Assembly: GCA_036918135.1 (NCBI GenBank)
Contig: JBALDB010000047.1
Span: forward strand, 20,129 to 84,128
DNA length: 64,000 bases
Direction: 5' to 3'
Origin: Nostoc sp.
GTDB lineage: Bacteria; Cyanobacteriota; Cyanobacteriia; Cyanobacteriales; Nostocaceae
The translations under genes and the position numbers were made by a program. Shown piece by piece: positions 41,624-52,194 of the stretch. Under the pieces are notes generated by a model that did no database searches, was not told the DNA's origin, and was given only the letters and a program-made list of their open reading frames with translations. Each line of letters opens with the position of its first letter. The stretch's first letter is position 1.

Positions 41624-42224
41624 TTATCCAGGTATAAATACTATATGAATTCCCATCTTCGCATCATAAGCTTTACTTATTTAAAAAGTTTACGTAAATT
41701 TACCACTAAAATCCGACCTTTTTCTAACCGTCAATCTTTATACCAACCAATAGAGTATTTGAACAAGCAATATTCATATCTCCAATTTCTTAGAAGATAT
41801 CTAGCTAAGACAAGCAGCCTTTGAGCGTCTATGCTCCCAGTCGATTATCCCAATAACGCTTGACTGTACCGTAAATTTCTCCATTAAGTCGGAATTGAGA
41901 AGTGCAGAGTATTTTTATTTACTATAGTTACTTTGAAAATCTTACTTAGGAGGAATGAATTTCTACAGAGTATGCCTCAAGCTAGATATAACAGACTATG
42001 AAGTTTTACTTGTAATTTCAGAAAATCTTTATAATTTATGGTTATTAAAAAAGTTTAGCAATCCAACTTCAACAAAATCTAATCAAAAGCTGCCAGACAA
42101 AGTTTAGATAGTATTCTTTGTGTTTGATTAACTATTCTGATTGTTGTAATAACAAATATTTTCTTGAATTTTAAATTTTTGATGTTAAAAAGAAATAGAA
42201 ATTTAGACATTGAGGAAAATTGTT

Positions 42225-42419
42225 ATGACTACAGTTAACTTAGTACAGTTACAGAAAAATTTGAATGAAGTTACTTATCCACTAAGCAAACAAGATTTGC
42301 TTAAATATGCTGAAGAAAAAGGTATTGATGAGCGTGTTCTACGAGCTTTGAAGCAGTTGCCTTTAAAACAGTATGAAACTTTAGCTGATGTGAGCAAAGC
42401 TTTAAATGCAAGTGAATAA
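42225..42419 (+). CDS. DUF2795 small protein
   Basis: GAGGA RBS; LQKNLNEVTYPLSKQDL...LPLKQYETLADV. Confidence 0.78.
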   Translation: MTTVNLVQLQKNLNEVTYPLSKQDLLKYAEEKGIDERVLRALKQLPLKQYETLADVSKALNASE

Positions 42420-42651
42420 ATAATTATCGATTGGAATGGTAAGAAATAATAGCAACTAAACTGACTAACACTTGTTCTACTTCCCAGCTTATTGAGAATA
42501 AATTTCGTTGTTGGCATAATGTAGTCGCGCTGTACCCAACTACTTGTTGTTCTAGTTACACTAGCAAAAGTTAGGAAGCATTATCTAGTTTTAAGAAGGG
42601 CTAGCCTTTTATCATCTCCACAATAAGTTAACTGCTAATTTTTACAGTCAT

Positions 42652-43977
42652 ATGCACGAACAAAGAACCCAGATTTATTTAAATACAGTTGCGGCACTGC
42701 TCAATTGTTCTACAAATGAGGAAGTGATGCATATATTAGCAGTTAACTCTTGTTGGATAGATGAAGAGTTTTTAATTGTAATGGCACAAACCGCAGAGAA
42801 TATAGCCTCAGTTGGTCGCAATCATACAGCAAATTGGTTACTTTCTTTAAGAAACAAGTTAGCTACTGATTTGTTAAAACAAGCAACTCCTTTGGAATTG
42901 GATCTTGAGCGCCTTTTCTTAATTGAAGTGTTGGAGACAATTCAAAAAAATCCGAACACACAGATAGCGTACCTGTTATTAGTCGCAAATCAAGACAAGC
43001 TCAATGACAAATTAGCTGATGAGTTGCAGGCTTGGGCAAGGGATGTCTTGCCTAAAATGGAGGAAATAACAGGACTATGTACTGCACAAACTCTTGTCGA
43101 TTTCAGTAACCTCATGAAAGAGTTTTCCGTAGGTAACTTAGAAATTAACATTGAGTTGGCAATTATCGGTTATCAAGTAGCTGCAACGCTGATTACACGC
43201 GATCGCTTTCCTTATCAATGGGCAATTATACAAAATAATCTTGGGCTTGCTTATTCGAGGCGTCTTCGTGGTTCACTTGCCCATAATCGAGAACTGGCTA
43301 TTTATTATCATACCCAAGCCTTGCAGGAACACACACGCGCATACTTTCCCTTTGACTGGGCAAGAGGGCAAAGTAATCTTGGGCTTGCCTACTCGGAACG
43401 TATTTATGGCATCAAAGCAGATAATTTGGAATTGGCTATTGGGTGCTACCGACAAGCATTACAAGAAAACATCCGTTCTCATTTCCCCCAAATATGGGCA
43501 AGAACACAAAACAATCTCGCAATTGCCTACTCAAACCGCGTTTATGGTGAAAAAGCAGAGAATGTAGAACTAGCGATTTCGTGTTACAAACAAGCATTGC
43601 TAGAATACACGCTCTCTGGCTACCCAGAAATGTGGGCAGCAATACACAATAATTTAGGGAATGCCTACTGCCGTCGGAGTGAAAATAAAGCAGAGAATCT
43701 GGAATTAGCAATTGAGTGCTATCAACAGGCTTTGCAGCAATACAGCCGCGAACGCTTTCCCGAAACCTGGGCAAAAACGCAAAACCATTTAGGACTAGCT
43801 TTTTGCGAACGTCTTTATGGTTCAGTTGCCGAGAACTTGGAACGAGCAATACAATGTTTTAACCGAGCTTTGCAGGAATACACACAGCAAAAGTTTCCCG
43901 AAATGTGGACACAAGTGCAAAATCATCTTGCACTTGCTTACAATAAACGCCAAATTATTCAAGGTAGTCAGAATTAA
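42652..43977 (+). CDS. TPR-repeat protein (TPR-CHAT family type, without CHAT domain)
   Basis: About 40-aa repeats FP..WA..QNNLG.AY..R..G..A.NLELAI..Y.QAL. Confidence 0.85.
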   Translation: MHEQRTQIYLNTVAALLNCSTNEEVMHILAVNSCWIDEEFLIVMAQTAENIASVGRNHTANWLLSLRNKLATDLLKQATPLELDLERLFLIEVLETIQKNPNTQIAYLLLVANQDKLNDKLADELQAWARDVLPKMEEITGLCTAQTLVDFSNLMKEFSVGNLEINIELAIIGYQVAATLITRDRFPYQWAIIQNNLGLAYSRRLRGSLAHNRELAIYYHTQALQEHTRAYFPFDWARGQSNLGLAYSERIYGIKADNLELAIGCYRQALQENIRSHFPQIWARTQNNLAIAYSNRVYGEKAENVELAISCYKQALLEYTLSGYPEMWAAIHNNLGNAYCRRSENKAENLELAIECYQQALQQYSRERFPETWAKTQNHLGLAFCERLYGSVAENLERAIQCFNRALQEYTQQKFPEMWTQVQNHLALAYNKRQIIQGSQN

Positions 43978-44034
43978 TTATGGCTGACGCACTGACGCGG
44001 AAAATTTTGAATAACAAGTGATTAGTTGGCTTGG

Positions 44035-44101
44035 TATTACTAAAGCTGACATGGAACGATTTCTTAGTGTTATTAAACAAATTATTTCAAAAGGACATTA
44101 A
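44035..44101 (+). pseudogene. Displaced duplicate of the aepZ 3' end
   Basis: 50/57 nt identical to 31164-31220; encodes ITKADMERFLSVIKQIISKGH*. Confidence 0.85.
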
Positions 44102-44118
44102 AAAGAAAAAATAATAGA

Positions 44119-44328
44119 TTGCTATGGCGCTTGCGTTTCCCAAAATTAACACATCAATTTAATTGGCAAAACTTAAGACCAAGAATTTTAACCAATGCTC
44201 AAGCTATTGGGCAACGGCTTAGTGGTCAACCTTTGGAACTCGATATTGACGAAATTATTCATCAAATACGAGAAGAACGGGATCAACAATTCATAGCAGA
44301 TTTGTTTTCCATTGAAGATAAAGCATGA
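44119..44328 (+). CDS. Putative antitoxin (5' end uncertain)
   Basis: DIDEIIHQIREERD motif; ATGA overlap with the vapC start at 44325. Confidence 0.55.
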   Translation: MLWRLRFPKLTHQFNWQNLRPRILTNAQAIGQRLSGQPLELDIDEIIHQIREERDQQFIADLFSIEDKA

Positions 44329-44404
44329 CTGCAAAATTGATTTGTGTGGATGCTAATTTCGTAGTTAAATTAATCATCAATCCTTTAGAAACATCACCTT
44401 ATTT

Positions 44405-44622
44405 ACTGGAGTTTAGACTAAGGCATGGAAAATGACCCAGCGATGCTGGGTTAAAGAAATTAAAATCAGAAAATATGAAAAGTGGTAAACTAAGCAGATT
44501 TTACCGCCTGCTTACAGGGTTTAAAAGTACGTTTCCTGATAATAGGATATGTGATTCTAGGTTGGCGTGGCTGTCCAGTTTCCCAGCCAGGAGATTTTCC
44601 ACGGGGTTTAGGAGGTTTAGCC
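44405..44622 (-). mobile_element. IS remnant (3' end of a cyanobacterial DDE transposase plus element end)
   Basis: Minus strand AKPPKPRGKSPGWETGQPRQPRITYPIIRK resembles the C-terminus of IS701-like transposases; begins exactly where vapC breaks. Confidence 0.6.
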
Positions 44623-44756
44623 ACTCGCAATGATTCATCAACTTTTCGACGCTCAACCAGTAGTAGTGACATTGGGTGTTTGGCAGATGAGCGAAATAAT
44701 AAATGACAAAAAGATGGTATGAATAAATTCGTGTACCTATCAGCGGACGTTTGAGA

Positions 44757-45266
44757 ATGAAAATTCGTAATGCTTTCACTAAGTTAACGATTTGTGTACT
44801 GTTGGTAATGATTTTAAACATAGTGAATATGCACAAAGCCTCAGCCCAACCCATAAGCGATTGTCGCAAATTGGCAACAGGTACCTATCTCACGACACAC
44901 TCTGGTGACTTCGGTTCGTTTCGTGGAATTATAACATTCATCCAAGATGGCAACTTTGTTGCTAGCGATTCAATCCAAAGTGGTGTTTCCTCTATCCAAC
45001 CCTATGGTAATGTACAGGGTAATTGGAAGTGTACCTCGGATAGAGAAATTACTGCCACCTCACTCAACTTCAATTACCCCACAGCTAAATCACCCGGATC
45101 TATTACTAGAGGCGATTTTCGTGCGACATTTGATCTCAAAAATGAAATAGTGCAAGCGACAGCAACACTTCGCTTTTACGATCTAAACGCGAATCCGCTT
45201 AATGATGATGCTCCGGTAGTCGGGACGTTCACTTTCACGGGGCAGCGTGTTAAAGCTGGACAATAA
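44757..45266 (+). CDS. Secreted beta-rich hypothetical protein
   Basis: Signal peptide ending ASA, two Cys in the mature part, alternating beta-strand pattern. Confidence 0.72.
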   Translation: MKIRNAFTKLTICVLLVMILNIVNMHKASAQPISDCRKLATGTYLTTHSGDFGSFRGIITFIQDGNFVASDSIQSGVSSIQPYGNVQGNWKCTSDREITATSLNFNYPTAKSPGSITRGDFRATFDLKNEIVQATATLRFYDLNANPLNDDAPVVGTFTFTGQRVKAGQ

Positions 45267-45339
45267 TACACTAGTTGTACAGTCCGGTATTCGTTACTGA
45301 GATAGGAGACAATCGCGCTGTTGCGATCGCTGTCTTTCT

Positions 45340-45465
45340 TAACTGACATCTTGCACCTAGATGAAAAACCGTGCTTCTTGAGAATGACTAATGGTCAAAC
45401 CCTATATTTTTGGTTGAGAAACCCGGTTTTTTATTCTTATTGAGAATGATGCCAGATCTGAGTTA
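45340..45465. mobile_element. MITE-like element
   Basis: Imperfect TIR taactgacatcttgca / tgccagatctgagtta. Confidence 0.5.
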
Positions 45466-46063
45466 ATCAAATTGCCGAGAAAATAGGCAATTCAGTATAT
45501 AAAAGGGTTTCAGCCGCTTACCCAACTTTAGGCGATCGTCCTGACACCATCACGAATCATTAAAAAAAGCCCCTCTAGAATCGCCTGGAAGGGCTTTGTT
45601 TTTTCTTGGTGGGGTCGTTTGTACCTTTAAAAAATAATTAATAGTACATATAAACAAACCCAAACCCAGATTATTGCTCCAACTCTCTTATGTTATGAAA
45701 TCACCAATGTATTTCATCGAATGAAACTTGCAAAACAACTACTGAGTACACAAGCCCAGCAATGTCTCAGCAATGCTCTAAATTTAACCATTCAATTTTA
45801 TGGCGATCGCCAACTTCATCAACAAGTCTGGAGAATCGCTCAACAATTGAACTTCCCTGCTGCTTATGATGCTCATTATTTAGCATTAGCTCAAAGATTT
45901 CAGGCAGATTTTTACACAGGTGATAAACGCCTATTTAACACGGTTCATTCCGCTTTACCTTGGATTCATTTGGTTGAATAATCTACAAGAATGAATACAG
46001 AAGCGGAACAACTCCTGCTCCGCTTGATGCCAGTCCGTAGCTTAAATGTTTTAATTAGTGCTT

Positions 46064-47083
46064 TTAATTCCTACCAAACACACTAGTAAGGGCACGCGCC
46101 ATATTTTGCGGTTGCATTGCATCCATTGCAGCGGTGGGTTCATAGCCACAGTGAACCATGCAATCGGCACACTTGGGATTACCACTCGCACGGCCGTATT
46201 GACTCCAGTCAGTTTGAGCGAGTAATTCTTGGAAGCTAGAGTAATAACCCTCGTTCAGTAGATAGCAAGGTTTTTGCCAACCGAGAACGCTATAACTTGG
46301 GCTACCCCAAGGCGTACATTCGTAGTCCTTCTCACCGATGAGAAAATCTAGGAATAGCGGATTGTGATTGAAGTTCCAGTTTTTTGCACCAGTTTTGTAT
46401 GGAGCCAGAATTTCTCGGAACAGGGCGCGTGTTTGTTCTCGGTGGAGAAAATGATCTTGGTCTGGTGCCCACTCGTAACTGTAGCCAGGAGAAATCATCA
46501 TCCCGTCGGTATTGAGTGTTTGGAGAAAATCAAAGAACTCTTGCATATCTTTGGGGTCAGTACCCTCAAAGATAGTAGTATTAGTGGTGACCCGAAAGCC
46601 TTTAGCTTTGGCAGCGCGAATCGCTTGAACTGCAATATCAAAAACACCTTTGCGATCGACACAGCGATCGTGCAACTCCCGCATCCCATCTAGATGTACG
46701 CTGAAAGTCAGATAAGGGGAAGGTTGGAACTTGTGCAGGCTTTTTTCTAACAACAAACCATTGGTACACAAATAAATATACTTTTTGCGCTCAATTAATC
46801 CCCGCACAATCTCATCAATTTGGGGATGTAGCAGAGGTTCTCCCCCAGGAATTGAGACAACCGGTGCGCCACACTCTTCCACTGCGGCAAAGCACTGTTG
46901 TGGGGTGAGATTTTGCTTTAATATTTCCTTTGGATGTTGGATTTTACCACAACCGCTACACGCTAGATTACACCGAAAAAGAGGTTCCAACATCAATACT
47001 AAAGGAAAGCGTTTGCGCCCCAACAAACGTTGAGTCACAAGATACTTGCCGATATCTATAGCTTGTTGTAGATTAACTCCCAT
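46064..47083 (-). CDS. hpnH: Adenosylhopane synthase, radical SAM
   Basis: [39 protein letters not shown]. Confidence 0.95.
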   Translation of the reverse strand: MGVNLQQAIDIGKYLVTQRLLGRKRFPLVLMLEPLFRCNLACSGCGKIQHPKEILKQNLTPQQCFAAVEECGAPVVSIPGGEPLLHPQIDEIVRGLIERKKYIYLCTNGLLLEKSLHKFQPSPYLTFSVHLDGMRELHDRCVDRKGVFDIAVQAIRAAKAKGFRVTTNTTIFEGTDPKDMQEFFDFLQTLNTDGMMISPGYSYEWAPDQDHFLHREQTRALFREILAPYKTGAKNWNFNHNPLFLDFLIGEKDYECTPWGSPSYSVLGWQKPCYLLNEGYYSSFQELLAQTDWSQYGRASGNPKCADCMVHCGYEPTAAMDAMQPQNMARALTSVFGRN

Positions 47084-47146
47084 TATTCCAATCGCTCCTC
47101 TTTAAGATATAGAAACACCACTGTAGAGACACAAAGCATTGCGCTT

Positions 47147-48157
47147 TTATTTGCGCTCATTGACGTAACCTTGGGCAACAAACCAATCTACAGCATCCTG
47201 GAGTGCGCCTTTGAGAGGAGATTGCGGTAATCCCAACTCTCGCACGGCCTTAGTGGCATTGTAATACATAGGTTGTTTCGCCATCCGAACGCCATCTATA
47301 GGCACTGAAGGCGATTTTCCTAATGGTGCGAGAATCTTTTCATCAACCCAAGCAACACTTAGGGGTAACCAAGCAGGTATACTTCGTTGCGGTGCTGGTA
47401 AACCTGTGATATCAGCGAGTTGTTCGAGTACTTGCTTGAGGCTAAGGTTTTGGTGACCTAAGATATAGCGATCGCCTGGTTTACCCCGTTCCAAAGCTAG
47501 TAAATGCCCCCATGCCACATCGCGCACATCGATAAAATTCAAACCAGTATCCAAGTAAAAGGGCATTTCTCTCCGCAAAAACCGCAATATTATATCACCT
47601 GTGGGGGTGGGTTTGATATCCAAGGCTCCAATGGGGCTGCTGGGATTGACTATAACTATCTGCTGACCTTTCGCAGCCGCTTGTATAGCTTCTTGTTCGG
47701 CTAGATATTTAGACTTTTTGTAGTTACCCACCAACTTTTCTAAGGGACTCTGATGTGTTTCATCGACGACTTCACCAGATGACCCCACGCCAATGGCCGC
47801 CACTGAACTGGTATAAACGGTACGTTCAATCCCTGCTTTTTCGGCTGCTAATAACACATTGCGCGTACCTAAAACATTATGACGGTAAAGTAACTCCTGG
47901 TCTGCTTGCCAGAGAGAATAATGGGCTGCCACATGAAACAGGTATTGACAATCGCTCATCTGTTCCCACAGATTTGCATCGTTTAAATCGCCTTTGGCAA
48001 TTTCCACCTCCAGACCGCAGAGATTTTGCAGATTGCTGCTAGAGCGTACCAGTGCTTTGACTGTGTACCCTTGTTGCAGAAACAACCGCACCAAGTGGGC
48101 ACCAATAAAACCCGTACCTCCGGTGACAAAAACCCTTTTAGATTTTAGATTTATCAA
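47147..48157 (-). CDS. hpnA: Hopanoid-associated NAD-dependent epimerase/reductase
   Basis: GGTGFIG, HVAAHYSLW, YKKSK, DIKPTPTG; adjacent to hpnH. Confidence 0.9.
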   Translation of the reverse strand: MINLKSKRVFVTGGTGFIGAHLVRLFLQQGYTVKALVRSSSNLQNLCGLEVEIAKGDLNDANLWEQMSDCQYLFHVAAHYSLWQADQELLYRHNVLGTRNVLLAAEKAGIERTVYTSSVAAIGVGSSGEVVDETHQSPLEKLVGNYKKSKYLAEQEAIQAAAKGQQIVIVNPSSPIGALDIKPTPTGDIILRFLRREMPFYLDTGLNFIDVRDVAWGHLLALERGKPGDRYILGHQNLSLKQVLEQLADITGLPAPQRSIPAWLPLSVAWVDEKILAPLGKSPSVPIDGVRMAKQPMYYNATKAVRELGLPQSPLKGALQDAVDWFVAQGYVNERK

Positions 48158-48254
48158 CTTGGAATTCCCCCATTTTCATTGGACACAGAAATTTTGCACC
48201 AAGTAATCTAAATTTCTGAATTTGAGCAGTTATCCCCATTTAAAAATCTCAAAT

Positions 48255-50933
48255 CTAAAACTTCTTGCGAGGAAACCAATCATCCAAAATGGTGTAAACC
48301 ACTGGCACAACAATCAAGCTGAGGATAGTGGAAGTTACGAGTCCCCCAGCGATCGCTACGGCCATTGGCGATCGCAATTCGGAACCAGCACCCAGACCTA
48401 AGGCGATCGGTAGCATCCCTAAAAGCGTAGAAGCGGTGGTCATCATGATTGGTCTGAGGCGCACTAGTCCAGTATTAAGGATTGCTTCGGTGCGGTTTAA
48501 GCCAGCACTGCGTAGCTGATTAATGTAATCTACCAATAAAATGGCATTTTTGTTTGCTAGTCCCAACAAAAACACGAAGCCAATCAGTGAGATCATCCCA
48601 AAGTCGCTTTTGGTAATCAGTAGCGCTAACATCGCTCCTATTAGTGCTAAAGGTAAAGATACACCGATAACCAGAGGATCTACCCAAGTTTTAAATAGCA
48701 AAATCAGTACCACAACAATACACAGGGCAGAGAGAGCCAGAGTACTGCCGAAACTGCCAAAAACTTCGTTCAATTTGGCAGAATCTCCTCCCAAGTCTAA
48801 GGAAACATCAGACGGCAACACTGCATTAGCTTCAGCTACTACTTTATCAGTAGCATCACCCAAGGTCAGATCCTTGCCAAGATTAGCACTGACATAGGCT
48901 ACCCGCTGATTATTCAAACGCTCAATTTCAAATACTGTACCTTGTGAATTTGTTTCTCCTGTAACTGTCACATCCACAAATCCCGGTATTTTCTCAATCC
49001 TCTCTTTAATTGCTTTAACAGCTTTGCTTAGAGATTGAAGATTGTTACCGCGTAATGCCACTTCTAAAGGTTTTTGACCGCCGCTATCGACAAATTTAAT
49101 ATCTTCAATACTGGTACTAACACCAGGAAGAATCGGTAAGGAGGAGCGCAGTTGGTCTTGTAATTGGGCTGTTGTAATTTTTCGGTCTTCTTTGAGCCTC
49201 ACATATAGCGTGCCTTTGTTCGGCTCACCTTCACGAGAACCAACGGTAGTAAATACCGTTTCCACTGCTGGGTCTTTTCTGACTACCGCTTCGAGTTTCT
49301 TAGCAACCTCAAGGGAATCATTTAAGGGATTGGGGATTTGGGATTGGGGATTGGGGATTGGGGATTGCGATAAAGGAGAATTTACTCCTGCTCCTCCTGC
49401 TTGCACTAAGCTAGGGATTTTTGGCAAGGGAGCCGTATAAGCAATATTGAATTCCCCACGGTCTAATTTGGGAATAAATCCTTTAGGAATGAGTGGAATT
49501 AGTGCTATACCAGCAATGAAGCTGAGTACAGCTAAGCCGATAACTATTTTGCGGTGATTTAAAGACCAACTGAGCAAGTCTCTATAAGATTGGGCGAATC
49601 TCACCCAAGTTTTTGCTTCCCGACGAGGTGAGGTAGAGGATTTTGGTTTTAGCCAGTAGATAGCTAGAACTGGAGATAAAGTCCGGGCTACTAGCATAGA
49701 AGCGAGCATTGCGGCTGAAACAGTGATGCCAAATGGCTTGAAGAACTGACCGATTACTCCACCCATTAAACCTATGGGCAGAAAAACCGCTACTGCTGTC
49801 AAGGTGGCTGCTGTAACTGTCAATCCAATCTCATTTGTAGCTAAAAGTGCTGCTTGGCGGGGATTTTCTCCATCATCGACGTGTCGCATGATGTTTTCTA
49901 CATCCACGATCGCATCATCAACAATACTGCCAATCACCAAAGCTAAAGCTAGCAACGTAATTGTCTCTAAATTGAAGCCATAAATCGCCATAACGATAAA
50001 TGTCGCCAAAATAGATGTAGGAATCGCCAATGCAGAAATTAAGGTGGCTCGCCAGTTCCACAAAAATGGAAAGATGACCACAATAGAGAGTAAGATTGCT
50101 TCTAGTAGAGCATCGATTGTTGATTGGGTGGCTTGGCGAATATATTTTGCTTGAGTCGCAGCTAAGGTGAGGTTGACATCTTTGAGGGTACGCAGCCTTT
50201 GAACTTCTTTTTCAACTGAATTCACCACTTCTAGGGTGTTTGCATTACCGCGTTTGATTACCTGAAATGCAAGCGCATCTTGACCGTTAAAGCGGACTAA
50301 TGTAGACCCTTGTTTGCTCAAAGACGTTGCACTGAGGTTTGATGAATTTAAGGGAGTTGCAGTTGCATCGCCCAGCAGTGAAACTTTAAGAACTCCTGGT
50401 AGTTTAGCGATCGCACTGACAATTTGCTCTTTGGCCAACTTCGTCAAATCTGTGAGATTTCGGGTTGGACTTTCAATGGCATAGCTAATGGCGGCTGACT
50501 CGTTCAAATTCAAGGGAATAATTTTAGAAGTTGCTCCCTGAGGTAGAGTTACCTGTTTAAGAGCGGTTTCAACTTCTTTGGTCGATGTTTCTAAATTCGT
50601 ACCAACAGCAAAAGCTAGACTAACGGCTGTTTGACCGGGATAGGTGGATGAGCGGATATTCTCCAATCCTTCTAGGGAATGCAGGCGTTCCTCTACGGGT
50701 TTGGTGAGCTTGGTCTCTGTATCCACGACAGTTGTCAGGGGGGCTGTAGCATTTACAACTACAACTGGAAAGGCAATATCTGGAAACAACGCATACTTAA
50801 GCGAACTGAAAGCAAGAATACCGGCTACCGTGACCGCAATCCAAAAACTCACGGTCAACCACGAAAATTTAATCGCAAATTTAGAGATATTGAAGAGTTC
50901 TCGTGCGGATTTTGAGCTAGAAAGCTTTACCAT
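48255..50933 (-). CDS. RND efflux permease (AcrB/AcrD/AcrF family, short form)
   Basis: GSIVDDAIVDVENI, NKNAILLVD, RLRPIMMT; two TM bundles. Confidence 0.9.
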   Translation of the reverse strand: MVKLSSSKSARELFNISKFAIKFSWLTVSFWIAVTVAGILAFSSLKYALFPDIAFPVVVVNATAPLTTVVDTETKLTKPVEERLHSLEGLENIRSSTYPGQTAVSLAFAVGTNLETSTKEVETALKQVTLPQGATSKIIPLNLNESAAISYAIESPTRNLTDLTKLAKEQIVSAIAKLPGVLKVSLLGDATATPLNSSNLSATSLSKQGSTLVRFNGQDALAFQVIKRGNANTLEVVNSVEKEVQRLRTLKDVNLTLAATQAKYIRQATQSTIDALLEAILLSIVVIFPFLWNWRATLISALAIPTSILATFIVMAIYGFNLETITLLALALVIGSIVDDAIVDVENIMRHVDDGENPRQAALLATNEIGLTVTAATLTAVAVFLPIGLMGGVIGQFFKPFGITVSAAMLASMLVARTLSPVLAIYWLKPKSSTSPRREAKTWVRFAQSYRDLLSWSLNHRKIVIGLAVLSFIAGIALIPLIPKGFIPKLDRGEFNIAYTAPLPKIPSLVQAGGAGVNSPLSQSPIPNPQSQIPNPLNDSLEVAKKLEAVVRKDPAVETVFTTVGSREGEPNKGTLYVRLKEDRKITTAQLQDQLRSSLPILPGVSTSIEDIKFVDSGGQKPLEVALRGNNLQSLSKAVKAIKERIEKIPGFVDVTVTGETNSQGTVFEIERLNNQRVAYVSANLGKDLTLGDATDKVVAEANAVLPSDVSLDLGGDSAKLNEVFGSFGSTLALSALCIVVVLILLFKTWVDPLVIGVSLPLALIGAMLALLITKSDFGMISLIGFVFLLGLANKNAILLVDYINQLRSAGLNRTEAILNTGLVRLRPIMMTTASTLLGMLPIALGLGAGSELRSPMAVAIAGGLVTSTILSLIVVPVVYTILDDWFPRKKF
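49326..49367. repeat. STRR heptamer (CCCCAAT) array inside the RND gene
   Basis: gggattggggatttgggattggggattggggattgggga, encoding PIPNPQSQIPNP. Confidence 0.8.
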
Positions 50934-51474
50934 CTTAGAAAATTATCGTGCGGGTAGACACAATTATTTAGTCATGCTACAGCAATCGCCTCCGGTTTGC
51001 GAGTTTTGGTCACCACCAAATGGCAATACTACTGATTGTTACTCAAATTATGACAAAATTTTTAACCAGAAAGAATTCAAGTGTCAGGAGGAGCAACTAA
51101 AGTTGAAAATTTAGAAGTACTGTTAGCAATCACTTAGGCAGTGCAATTTAGAACTCAGTAAACCTTATTTGGTGACTTTTTGCAAAATTCCCTACTTCAA
51201 GCATTGCTATGAGCTACTTGCGATCGCTTGTGATCATATCTTTCAAAAGTCAATCTTCACAATCTTCGATCCGATTCTAGACCAAAAGACATCCCATGTT
51301 GTGTTTTTTGTCAATCGATTTAGCCATATAGCAGGAGGCAGGAGGTAAAAACATTCCTGACATTCAGGCTTGCTATTATGTCCTAACCTATATAACCTAC
51401 GGCTATATTTACCAATATTGCCTTGAGCATCCTTTAGTTAATACCTACCAAACTCCAAAATATCAAGAGCGCTT

Positions 51475-52170
51475 GTGCTTAATTTTTTACCCCACGACAT
51501 AATTCTCGTACCTCAAGGAGCGGAGTATCAAGCGGTTTGTCGCGGATTACGCCATGTTACTAACTGCATTCCAACGGTATTACCCATACCTATTGGGATG
51601 AAGCCTTTACTTCAATACCTGCAACAATCGATAGAAAATGGACAATTTGTGGCTGGGTCGAGAGTATTGCTTGTAGGTTTATGTGGTAGCTTGAGCAATC
51701 GCTACACTGTTGGGGATATTGTGCTGTATCAAGATTGTGTTTATCAAGGCAAACGGCAAGAATGCGATCGCACTTTTACCACACAATTACACTCAGCACT
51801 CACCACTCCCCATTCTCGATTGAATTTAGTCAAAGCTTTGACAAGCGATCGCATGATTTGGTCTGCGTCCCAAAAACGCACTCTGGGTGAGACTTTGGCG
51901 GTTGATGTTGTTGATATGGAAGGATTTACTGCCCTTGAGTTTTTCAATGCAGTTGGGATTGCAGTGGCAATGCTGCGAGTAGTTAGCGATGATTGTCGGC
52001 ACGATATCCCTGACCTCACCCCAGCAATCAATTCTGATGGTTCCCTGCGTCCTTTGCCTTTAGCTATGGGAATGCTTCGACAACCCCTTGGTGCTACTCG
52101 GCTGATTCGAGGTTCATTAATAGGACTCAAAGTGTTAAAGCAAGTTACAAATCATATTATGTCTGGTTGA
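51475..52170 (+). CDS. Nucleoside phosphorylase family protein (HpnG-like)
   Basis: GLCGSL, VGDIVL, VVDMEG, LRVVSD; divergent from the hpn operon. Confidence 0.8.
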   Translation: MLNFLPHDIILVPQGAEYQAVCRGLRHVTNCIPTVLPIPIGMKPLLQYLQQSIENGQFVAGSRVLLVGLCGSLSNRYTVGDIVLYQDCVYQGKRQECDRTFTTQLHSALTTPHSRLNLVKALTSDRMIWSASQKRTLGETLAVDVVDMEGFTALEFFNAVGIAVAMLRVVSDDCRHDIPDLTPAINSDGSLRPLPLAMGMLRQPLGATRLIRGSLIGLKVLKQVTNHIMSG

Positions 52171-52194
52171 ATACTGATGATATCTGTGAGGGTC

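Larger units (their letters stand above)
44325..45981 (+). pseudogene. vapC: VapC/PIN toxin split by an insertion
   Basis: N-part MTAKLICVDANFVVKLI (44325-about 44404); C-part QIIAPTLLCYEITNV...YDAHYLALA...FYTGDKRL (about 45652-45981). Confidence 0.82.

Noticed and set aside
44325..45981. Heterocyst-type programmed excision element in vapC
   Set aside because: No recombinase, no flanking direct repeat found, and codons appear lost at the junction.
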